Shown here: one piece after another, positions 10,001 to 17,027 of the stretch
Layout of the letters: the number at the start of each line of letters is the position of its first letter
Numbering within the stretch: the stretch's first letter is position 1
NCBI GenBank assembly: GCA_965237895.1
Contig: CBDEGR010000001.1
Coordinates: 476,287-540,286, forward strand
From: Terriglobia bacterium
GTDB taxonomy: Bacteria; Acidobacteriota; Terriglobia; UBA7540; JAPUME01
DNA: 64,000 bases
Direction: 5' to 3'
Translations under genes and position numbers: made by a program
Notes under the pieces: generated by a model
Seen by the model: the letters and a program-made list of their open reading frames with translations, nothing else
What the model was told of the DNA's origin: nothing
Databases searched by the model: none

Positions 10001-10410
10001 GTACGAACAACTTTGGCGGGCGAGCTGACCGAATTGGACTTGACGGCGGCTCGTTGAAAAATCCGACTGTCGACAAATGGTTTGATGTGAACGCCTTCGT
10101 TTGTCCCGGCCAGACTACCCAGATTTGCGATCCCGCTATCATCACGCCCATCGGACGATTTGGGAATTCGGGTAGAAATATCCTGAGTGGACCGGGGAGC
10201 AAGCAGATGGATTTCTCAATTCAGAAGAACTTCCCCATTCGAGAAGCCATGCTCCTAGAAGTCCAAGTGCAATTTATCAACGTTTTCAACACGCCTCAGT
10301 TCGGGCTGCCGGCGTCTAATATTTCCGCCCCGGCCTCCGCGGGACGGATTACCAGCACGATTCCGGGCTCTTTCCGGCAAGTTCAATTTGGAGCGCGATT
10401 CGAATTCTAA
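7036..10410 (+). CDS. TonB-dependent outer-membrane receptor with N-terminal carboxypeptidase-regulatory-like domain
   Basis: GTG start after GGGGAG. Signal peptide, then GKIVGTVIDATGAAVPDAAITIRNDATGAIRTGMTGTSGNYLVDKLVPGKYSVTAELAGFKRF (CarboxypepD_reg-like). A long beta-barrel body ends in ...VQFGARFEF with a terminal Phe. Confidence 0.9.
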   Translation: MKSKSKVRFSSANPVGWFIPLLILAVMLGQGFRGTAQTTYGKIVGTVIDATGAAVPDAAITIRNDATGAIRTGMTGTSGNYLVDKLVPGKYSVTAELAGFKRFTSSGVPLLPIQSLRINITLEVGAVTEEITVTGEGAVIETERAEIAWTRTAQEFRDLPVLTPSAPGAGTFRTRDPLNFVFAVPGVNVTRVTSAGKINVYGAPQGGIIIRVDGVIQRDNSNGVSEQGRPIIEATNEMKVIGLNAAPEFDGQATILFTTKSGGSEFHGGGMYEGQQRAWTAQSWELNRSGTAKPFSKRNSTAMWLGGPIKKDKAFFFTAFDFERGLQAHSRLAQRNKPGAAFRAGDFSALIDPTFVTKYLGGTAIQIVDPMNNNAAFAGNIIPTARLNATSLLIQNDLFLGEPTQGGIVANAPLPATLPINATKFDFRIDYNFSDAHQMFSRVNISTDIRKIFDQAWEGAIRNDTTPARMITFSDTYALSPTVLNEFRFGHYRHERTIVGETLLEGRAYQTEWGIQNIGPGGPGLPFIGGLEAAHGIASIGSLIFDSRNYEVMDNVSILRGKHQYKLGYSLNRPSFFFPFYLYEEGNWSFSNKWTGFGYSDFLLGHTTSADLWLAPRPGVVARSFEHNFYFQDTYQVTRRLTLEYGIRYQYHPRANAKRDQLSNFDPVSGGLVVPSATSLETINPNFPTDISIITAREAGFPFNMIEDDKNDISPRFSFAYRLDEEGKTVLRGGYGIFYNTYVLNMSSTLGNFGPYRGTAVSSNLVQAGTTKPTLQLPSPYLPFDPATGNVFISSVDKDLPNAQFHQYNLTLEREFSGNRLAVSFIGNYGSHSIGRDINQPVASTTPYAVSRRPLPNFNTLSSFTGDNILRYTALQVVGERRFKKGLFFRVSYDWTTHLTLDDADTGPVGGISVRNTYDLKAEKGNLNWGPKNRGLIVYSYELPFGPGKPVPAHGVLGKVIGGWQVNGITSLRSGLWFSPTFSGYDPSGTNNFGGRADRIGLDGGSLKNPTVDKWFDVNAFVCPGQTTQICDPAIITPIGRFGNSGRNILSGPGSKQMDFSIQKNFPIREAMLLEVQVQFINVFNTPQFGLPASNISAPASAGRITSTIPGSFRQVQFGARFEF

Positions 10411-10434
10411 GAAGCTCCATTTCCAAAAGGTGTG

Positions 10435-10478
10435 ATGGGTCCTGCATAAGCTACATTATGCAGGACCCATTTTTTTTA
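10435..10478 (+). terminator. Rho-independent terminator after the TonB-dependent receptor
   Basis: Perfect 15-bp stem atgggtcctgcataa / ttatgcaggacccat (10435-10449 / 10456-10470) with a 6-nt loop, followed by a T8 run. Confidence 0.85.
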
Positions 10479-10516
10479 GCTGCAACGAAATGCGGGAACA
10501 GAGAGAGGGTGAAGGT

Positions 10517-11770
10517 ATGAATCGACGACGATTTCTTTCTGCGCTGACCACCGTCGGGGCCTTCGCGGGAATCGCACCGTTGCCTAGTAAGGCGTACCCC
10601 GGGTATTCTCCCCCGGACCCTACCTCCGCTCGATCACCAGGTGCGGGGAGGGGAGGTATGAGTGAGGCCGAGGAGCTCTTCAGGCCGCAGGACCTCTTTA
10701 TCAGCGGCCTAGACGGGGTGAACATTTACCGGATTCCTGCCTTGATTGTGTCGCTCCAGGGTACCATCCTGGCGTTTTGTGAAGCACGTGAAGGTGATGA
10801 CGCTTCTCCCACGGATCTGGTGTTGAAGCGAAGCCTTTACGATGGCGGCCGCAGCACGCCACAGATGCTCAATGGCTATGAGCGCATCTTTGGCTACGGT
10901 GTCAATTGGGACCCGATGCAGGTGGTCCTCCCCGGGAAGGGGAAGGCCATCACGAACCCCTGCCCCGTGGTTGATCGCAGTAATGGGGCCATATTGATAT
11001 GCTGCTGGAACTCGCTCGGTGGCAGCCTGGCAGCGCATCTGAAGGCTCCCTGGAATGGCCGAGTCTTGGTCCTGAAGAGCACGGATGACGGAGTGACCTG
11101 GTCAAGTGCCCTCGATATCACCCCGAGCGTCGGCGCTTTTATTGCCGGTCCGGGCGTGGGAATCCAAATGCAGAGCGGCCGGTTCGTCATTCCGGGCTAT
11201 GACAACGACACTCGCATCGGTCATAATTCTTCCCGGGTGATTTACAGCGACGACCACGGCAACACCTGGCGTGCAGGGGCTATGGTGGCGAAGAAAGCCA
11301 ACGAATCGCAAGTGGTGGAGTTGGTTGACGGGACCCTGATGCTGAACATGCGCAGAGGTCGGCACCGCTACGTGGCTCTCAGCCGCGACGGCGGGGAGAC
11401 TTGGTACAAGGAGTTCGAGGAAGAAGCGCTCCCAGATCCAGGGTGTCAAGCCAGCATCTTGCGCTATTCGACAAAGGCCACGGGGGGAGAAAATCGCTTG
11501 CTGTTTTCTAACCTCCCCAATTCCGGGCGCTTGGCTAAGCCGTCACGGGTCAACTTGACGGTCAAGCTCAGCAACGACGAGGGCAAAAGCTGGCCGGTCT
11601 CCAGGAAGGTTTATAATGGTCCGGCTGCCTATTCGTGCCTGACGGTGTTGGCGGACGGTACGATTGGCCTTCTTTACGAGACCGGCAGCGTACACCCTTA
11701 TGAAAGAATCACGTTTGTCCGGTTTAATCTTGAATGGCTGAGCGCAGCTCGAACGAGACCTCAAGAATAG
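10517..11770 (+). CDS. Exo-alpha-sialidase (GH33, BNR/Asp-box), Tat signal
   Basis: The preferred start is MNRRRFLSALTTVGAFAGIAP at 10517; the track ORF starts at 10490. YRIPALIV is the RIP motif. There are four Asp-boxes: STDDGVTW, SDDHGNTW, SRDGGETW, SNDEGKSW. Confidence 0.85.
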   Translation: MNRRRFLSALTTVGAFAGIAPLPSKAYPGYSPPDPTSARSPGAGRGGMSEAEELFRPQDLFISGLDGVNIYRIPALIVSLQGTILAFCEAREGDDASPTDLVLKRSLYDGGRSTPQMLNGYERIFGYGVNWDPMQVVLPGKGKAITNPCPVVDRSNGAILICCWNSLGGSLAAHLKAPWNGRVLVLKSTDDGVTWSSALDITPSVGAFIAGPGVGIQMQSGRFVIPGYDNDTRIGHNSSRVIYSDDHGNTWRAGAMVAKKANESQVVELVDGTLMLNMRRGRHRYVALSRDGGETWYKEFEEEALPDPGCQASILRYSTKATGGENRLLFSNLPNSGRLAKPSRVNLTVKLSNDEGKSWPVSRKVYNGPAAYSCLTVLADGTIGLLYETGSVHPYERITFVRFNLEWLSAARTRPQE

Positions 11771-11946
11771 CCGAGGACCGTCGCCCTAGACGGGGCGGTG
11801 GCAGTCCCCAGCGACTTGCCTCAAAGAGGTTCGGCGAACATGAGTGTACACACCGTCGTGTGCAAGCTGACAGACAAGAAGGGGATGTTCTTGATCCATC
11901 CCCAGGTGTCCCCTCCTTTGGGAGGAATAAAGATAGAGGTGATCTG

Positions 11947-13824
11947 ATGAGCTTAATGAACCGAAGAGGATTCTTAGGAGTTTCGTCGATGGCGGGGCTG
12001 GGCCTCGTGAACAAGCCGGCTCTGATCGGTGAGGCCCCCAAACTTGCGCAGGAAACAGGCACAGGCACTCCAATATTCGTCAGCGACCTGAGTCGCTGCC
12101 AGCCGTCGACGGCGCTGTCTAAGGTAAACAAGAAGCAGCATTGGACCTTGATTCCCTACGTAACAGACAAGGTAAGCGGCACGATGATAGGGGCGGGTTC
12201 GATGGCGGATGCGCCGGATGTTACGATCCCTTTGGGAGTTTCAGGATGGCACGCGGTTTACGTTGGGTTCTGGAATGCTCACCACGACTATGACGGGGGT
12301 ACGACGATCAAGTTAAAACTCACAGACGATCCGTGTTTCCGTCCGATCAGTGATGGAACCTACAGTGGTGCGGATGCAGCGCCGTTGAACTGGACGGGAA
12401 CCGAACTCCAAGAGGTCTTCCTTAAATATGCGGATTTGACGGGCCGGGATCTTACCGTTGGGCAACAAACAAAAGGTAAACCCAAGAAGGCGTACGTCGC
12501 TTATGTCAAGTTAGTGCCTTTGAGCAAGAAGGAAGTGGATGCAATACAGAAAGACCGTGCCAGGAAGGACACCCGAGTTCTCATTGCCACAAACGACGGG
12601 GCTAGTTTCTTGTCCGCCAAAGGGCCTACGACTAAGGAAGAGATATTGGAACAGGTCGAACCCTATCGGTACTCCGATGTCGGCAAGGTAATTTATGCCT
12701 TTACCTATGGAGACATGACCAACTATCCATCCAAAGTAGGGCGTTTCATAGGAAAGGCAGAGGAAGATTTCACAATACGCCCCGCAGGAGAGACCATGGT
12801 CAACAGCATAAGCACCTTGACTTCAAAAGGTCTGATTCCTGCCCAGGTGGCCCTCGAACATGTTCACGACATGGGCTTGAAGTTTGATGCAATGTTTCGC
12901 ATGGGCGTACTCGGGGACACACCTCCTGGAGACTTTTTCGCTGGACATGGCTTAGTCAGAAAAAAGCCATGGATCAGAATGCTGGCGAAGGACGGGACCC
13001 CCTTGGAAAAGGCTAGCTATGCTTTTCCAGAGGTACAAGACCACGTACTTTCTTTGATTCGCGAGGTGGCAGAGCGCTTCGACATTGATGGAGTAAACCT
13101 TGGGTGGATACGCGGCCCGCAGTTTGTTGGCTATGAGGCGCCGGTGATCGAAGATTTCAAAAAGGAGTATGGTGAAGACCCCAGGAAGCTTGATGACAAC
13201 GAGGAGCGGGTCCAACGTCTCAGGGCCAAATACGTGACCGAATTCGTCCGCAAGGTTCGGCAGTTACTAAACGAGCTGGGGAGCAAGAGGGGAAGAAAGA
13301 TCGAGTTGTCCGCGTGGGTGTATTCTCCTGAAACCAACCTTTTCTTTGGACTAGATGCGGAGACGTGGGTGGCCGAGGGACTCCTCGATAGTATAATCGC
13401 TGGGCAGCCGGGTCAAAGGCGTTCGTACTGTAAGGAATCCATACAGGCCGTTAAAGCTCACCATTGCCGATTCTACCAAGGCTTGGTTCGTTCATCGGAG
13501 CGTGCGGGCTCGCCGTCCACTCCTGAGCAGGAAAATGCTAAAGCTATCCTGCAGAGCTATGAGCAAGGGGTAGATGGTTTTGCTGCGTGGGATCTGAATT
13601 TGGCCATCTTCGGCTATTCACAGGAGGTTCCTTACCGTTGGGCACTGGTAGGTAGGGTAGGACATCCGAACGAAGTGGCAGCTTTCGTGAAAGAACCGCC
13701 CAAGATTACGACAGTAAAACTAAAAAGTGTGGGGGGATTTGACATAGGCCACATAACAAACCGCGGGGCAAAAGAGAGAAACTATTGGCCTCCGGAGATG
13801 CTTCCTCTTTACTCGGGCGGGTGA
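11947..13824 (+). CDS. Tat-exported protein of unknown function (possible glycoside-hydrolase-like TIM-barrel C-terminal half)
   Basis: The preferred start is MSLMNRRGFLGVSSMAGLGLV at 11947; the track ORF from 11734 has an Arg-rich, unlikely leader. I recognised no named domain. ...DGVNLGWIRGPQFVGYEAPVIEDFKKEYGEDP... is reminiscent of GHL-type barrels (weak, from memory). Confidence 0.6.
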   Translation: MSLMNRRGFLGVSSMAGLGLVNKPALIGEAPKLAQETGTGTPIFVSDLSRCQPSTALSKVNKKQHWTLIPYVTDKVSGTMIGAGSMADAPDVTIPLGVSGWHAVYVGFWNAHHDYDGGTTIKLKLTDDPCFRPISDGTYSGADAAPLNWTGTELQEVFLKYADLTGRDLTVGQQTKGKPKKAYVAYVKLVPLSKKEVDAIQKDRARKDTRVLIATNDGASFLSAKGPTTKEEILEQVEPYRYSDVGKVIYAFTYGDMTNYPSKVGRFIGKAEEDFTIRPAGETMVNSISTLTSKGLIPAQVALEHVHDMGLKFDAMFRMGVLGDTPPGDFFAGHGLVRKKPWIRMLAKDGTPLEKASYAFPEVQDHVLSLIREVAERFDIDGVNLGWIRGPQFVGYEAPVIEDFKKEYGEDPRKLDDNEERVQRLRAKYVTEFVRKVRQLLNELGSKRGRKIELSAWVYSPETNLFFGLDAETWVAEGLLDSIIAGQPGQRRSYCKESIQAVKAHHCRFYQGLVRSSERAGSPSTPEQENAKAILQSYEQGVDGFAAWDLNLAIFGYSQEVPYRWALVGRVGHPNEVAAFVKEPPKITTVKLKSVGGFDIGHITNRGAKERNYWPPEMLPLYSGG

Positions 13825-13855
13825 GTAGAGGTGTGCGACGTTAGCACCTTTGGGA

Positions 13856-14000
13856 CTAACTGTTGTTGGACATGTTCTGCGTCTTGAACGGCGCCACACG
13901 GACGCCGCGCTGGCGCAGCCACGCGCAGGCGGCCGTGGCCATCCAACTTTTGCCGACGTGGGGAGGCCGTGCCTCCCACCATAAGGCGTCTTGCAGTCAA
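13856..14000 (-). pseudogene. cobQ: 5' stub of cobyric acid synthase (CobQ) with frameshift and truncation
   Basis: From ATG 14000 the frame reads [14 protein letters not shown] 1-nt shift in a 4-nt G run (13960-13963, plus strand) then leads to [34 protein letters not shown] and a TAG at 13858-13856. This matches the CobQ N-terminal pattern (GTxSxxGKS...VAPFKxQNMSxNS). Nothing CobQ-like lies beyond. Confidence 0.55.
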
Positions 14001-14044
14001 GGGGTCAAGGACCGGCCTCCGGCGCTTCCCGTGGGAGAAGAGAG

Positions 14045-14842
14045 TTATGTATCGCTTCCGTTCTCTGCCGCCCAGCGGTGGAACAGGAGAGAGGTTTCTC
14101 CGCCGGGCGTTTGCGCATACTCGGTGCGCACGCGGAAGACTTCCTTCAGTGTTTCGTTCGTCAAAACCCGCGCCGGCTCATCGGTCGTGCGCAAACGACC
14201 CTGGTGGACCAAAGCGACCTGGTCGGCGAATCTCCAGACTGCGTTGAGATCATGGAGGGCCACGGCGACGGCTTTCTTTTCCCGGCAGAGCGCGCGGCAA
14301 AGATCGAGAATCTCCAGTGTGTGATCGACGTCCAAGTTGGCGGTCGGCTCATCGAGGAGGATGACGTCGGCCTGGGTCGCCAAGCTCCGGGCCAACAGCA
14401 CGCGCTGCTTTTCCCCGCCGGAGAGCGCATTCGCCGGGCGCTCCGAAAGGTGGACGACATCGGCGCGTTCGAGAGCCTCGCCGACGGCCTTTCGGTCTTG
14501 CGGATTCTCACGGCGGAAGCGGCCCAGGTGAGGGTGGCGTCCCATGGCGACCACGTCCTGGACCGTAAAGGAAAAGTCGAGCCGCGCGTCCTGGGGAACG
14601 AAGGTCACCTGCCTTGCCAATCTGCGGCGGGGAAGTTGGCGCAAATTTTCCCCGTTGAACTGAGCCTGTCCCTCCGTCGGACGCCACAGTCCCGCCAGCA
14701 GGCGCAGGATGGTGGATTTCCCGGAACCGTTCGGGCCCACCAGCGCCGTCAGCCGGCCCGGCCTGATTTCCAGCGATACGCCGCGAACCAGCCACGTCCC
14801 TTCCATGGCGATGCCCGCTTCCAGAAGATTCAAACCGCTCAC
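14045..14842 (-). CDS. ABC transporter ATP-binding protein (BtuD/FecE-type)
   Basis: Walker A GPNGSGKST, signature LSGGEKQRV, Walker B ILLDEPTANLD. The GTG start at 14842 overlaps the permease TGA stop (GTGA). The 701-aa track ORF is real only in its last ~265 aa. Confidence 0.9.
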   Translation of the reverse strand: MSGLNLLEAGIAMEGTWLVRGVSLEIRPGRLTALVGPNGSGKSTILRLLAGLWRPTEGQAQFNGENLRQLPRRRLARQVTFVPQDARLDFSFTVQDVVAMGRHPHLGRFRRENPQDRKAVGEALERADVVHLSERPANALSGGEKQRVLLARSLATQADVILLDEPTANLDVDHTLEILDLCRALCREKKAVAVALHDLNAVWRFADQVALVHQGRLRTTDEPARVLTNETLKEVFRVRTEYAQTPGGETSLLFHRWAAENGSDT

Positions 14843-15939
14843 AGGTATCCGATCTCCTTCCGATATTGCCGGAGCAGATAGAGAAAGAAGGGCGCGCCGA
14901 AGGCTGCGGTGATGATCCCCAAAGGGATTTCCGTGGGAGGATGCAGCGTCCTCGCCAGTAGATCGCAAACGATCAAGAAGGCGGCGCCGACGAGAACGCT
15001 TGCCGGCAGCAGAACCCGGTGCGAAGGACCTAAGAGAAGCCGGATGATGTGCGGAATGATCAGGCCGACGAAACCGATGATCCCGCTTACGGCCACGGCG
15101 GAACCGGTCAGCAGCGCCGCTGTGGTAAGAACCATGCGCTTCGTCGCCTCCACATTCACGCCGAGCGTGGCGGAAGTCTCCTCGCCCATCAGCATTAGAT
15201 CCAGTTCCCTGTGGAACAAAAAGGCGGCAAGAATTCCCACGGCAATGAACGGGCCTGAAATTCCCACGTGGGTCCAAGTGCGGCTGTCGAGTCCGCCCAT
15301 CATCCAGAAAATAATTTCGGCGGCGACCTGCCAATTTACGAAATTGAGTGAGATCAGTAATGAGGAAACGGCGCTGATGAAGGCGCTCAATGCAATCCCG
15401 GCCAGAAGGAGCGTGGCGACCGGGGTACGCCCGCCCCGCGTCGCGATGCTGTAGACGAGGAAGAGGGTGATCAGGGCTCCCAGAAATGCTCCCAGCGGCA
15501 GCCAGAGGATGGAGCGGGTTGCGAGCGCCGTGACGTAGATGATAACGGCTCCCAGCGCCGCGCCGGAACTTGCGCCCACCACGTTCGGTTCTGCCAGCGG
15601 GTTGCGAAAAAGACTCTGCATTTGAACTCCCGCCACGGCCAGCGCCGCGCCGACCAGCGCGGCCACCACCACGCGCGGCACGCGAATCAGCCAGATGATC
15701 ACCTGCTCGGTCTGGGTAATTCCCGCCACGTCGATCCACCCTTCCGGCAGCAGTTGTGCCGCCACGACGCGGAGGATGACGAGCCAGTCGATGGGCGTGC
15801 TGCCGACGGCAATACCGGTGAGGGCGGCGAAAAAGAGAACCGAGGCGGCGACGGCGAAAAACAGCAGGGTTCGTCTGCCAGGGGCCGGCTTCTGTTCGGT
15901 TGCATCGAGCTTTTCCATGGTTCCCGCCTCGCACGGCAA
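14839..15939 (-). CDS. FecCD-family ABC permease (BtuC-like)
   Basis: Polytopic membrane protein with typical FecCD sequence (...LLLAGIALSAFISAVSSLLI...GIIGFVGLIIPHIIRLL...). The start may instead be MEKLD at 15918. Confidence 0.9.
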   Translation of the reverse strand: MPCEAGTMEKLDATEQKPAPGRRTLLFFAVAASVLFFAALTGIAVGSTPIDWLVILRVVAAQLLPEGWIDVAGITQTEQVIIWLIRVPRVVVAALVGAALAVAGVQMQSLFRNPLAEPNVVGASSGAALGAVIIYVTALATRSILWLPLGAFLGALITLFLVYSIATRGGRTPVATLLLAGIALSAFISAVSSLLISLNFVNWQVAAEIIFWMMGGLDSRTWTHVGISGPFIAVGILAAFLFHRELDLMLMGEETSATLGVNVEATKRMVLTTAALLTGSAVAVSGIIGFVGLIIPHIIRLLLGPSHRVLLPASVLVGAAFLIVCDLLARTLHPPTEIPLGIITAAFGAPFFLYLLRQYRKEIGYL

Positions 15940-15957
15940 GCAGTGCGCGCCCTTTGG

Positions 15958-16953
15958 TTAGGGATAAAATGCTTCCGCCATGCGGCGCATCAGATGGACC
16001 GCGTGGTGGGAGAGGGTCAAGTAGTGACGGTTCTCGACAATCAGAATTTGCCCCTGCTTTGCCGCCGTGGTGATGGCGATTCCGGGGTCGTCGAGCAGCC
16101 TGCGGCGCAGGGCTTCCTCTTCCCCCGGGTCGGCTCCGGTGATGATCCAATCCGGGTTCCAGGCGGCGATCTGTTCGCTGCCGATTTGGCCGTGCGCGCC
16201 CAATCCCTGTTCGGCGCCGACGTTGATCTCCCCCAACTTCTCCACCATGTCACCAAACAAGGAATTCTTTCCGTAGCTGAAAAGAAAATGAGTGAATCCC
16301 AGGACGCGGAGTTTGGGCGAGTCCGCGGGCCGTCGGCGGCGAGCGGCCCGGACCTGTTGTTGCAGCCAAGTAATTTTCTCGGCGGCCCGGTCGTCTTCTC
16401 CGGTTAGATAGCCCACCAACCGAAGCCCTTCTTCGATCTGTTGCAAGGAACTGAAGCCGGTCTCCATCCGGAACGTGGGGACGCCCACCGCCCGGACCAG
16501 GTTCACGTAGTCGGGTCGGGACAAGCTGGAGACCAGGATGAGGTCGGGCTTCAAACGAAGAATTCGCTCCGGATCGGTGGTGGTCTCCACCGGCAGCCGT
16601 TCCGCGATCTCGACGATATTGCTGTACCGTTTGTCCGTTGCCAGGGTGCTGAGGGCGACCATCCGCGCCAGGGGCACGACGGCAAGCAGCAGATGATCGG
16701 TCACCAAAGCCTGAGAGACGATTCTCTGGGGAGGGGAATTCAGCGTCAGCCGGTAGCCGCCCGCGTCGGTCGCGCTGCGGGGAAAGTGGCTGTCGGCCGT
16801 CTCCTCGCTCCGTTCCGCCCGAGGGTTTCCAATCCGATGGAGAACGCCTCCAAGAACTTCCGGCCTTCCGGCGGCGGGCCATACCAGAACCCATGTAAGA
16901 CCCGTCACTGTTATCGGAACCAGCCACCACCGAAGGCGGCGCCCCCCCCACAT
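15958..16953 (-). CDS. Periplasmic substrate-binding protein (BtuF/FhuD-type)
   Basis: PQRIVSQALVTDHLLLAV...ILRLKPDLILVSS...WNPDWIITG. The preferred start is MWGGRRLRWWLVPITVTGL at 16953. The track start at 17061 would overlap the receptor gene by 34 nt. Confidence 0.85.
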   Translation of the reverse strand: MWGGRRLRWWLVPITVTGLTWVLVWPAAGRPEVLGGVLHRIGNPRAERSEETADSHFPRSATDAGGYRLTLNSPPQRIVSQALVTDHLLLAVVPLARMVALSTLATDKRYSNIVEIAERLPVETTTDPERILRLKPDLILVSSLSRPDYVNLVRAVGVPTFRMETGFSSLQQIEEGLRLVGYLTGEDDRAAEKITWLQQQVRAARRRRPADSPKLRVLGFTHFLFSYGKNSLFGDMVEKLGEINVGAEQGLGAHGQIGSEQIAAWNPDWIITGADPGEEEALRRRLLDDPGIAITTAAKQGQILIVENRHYLTLSHHAVHLMRRMAEAFYP

Positions 16954-17027
16954 TTTTTCAGCGATGGATTTCAAGGTTCCTCGTGCGATTTCGGCGCAGG
17001 AAATTTCAATGCTGTCATACGCTTCTC

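Noticed and set aside
14045-16150. A 701-aa ORF that looks like one giant protein
   Set aside because: Only the last ~265 aa are an ABC ATPase (start GTG 14842). The Arg/Pro/Gly-rich N-terminal 440 aa are an out-of-frame shadow of the FecCD permease and binding-protein genes on the same strand.
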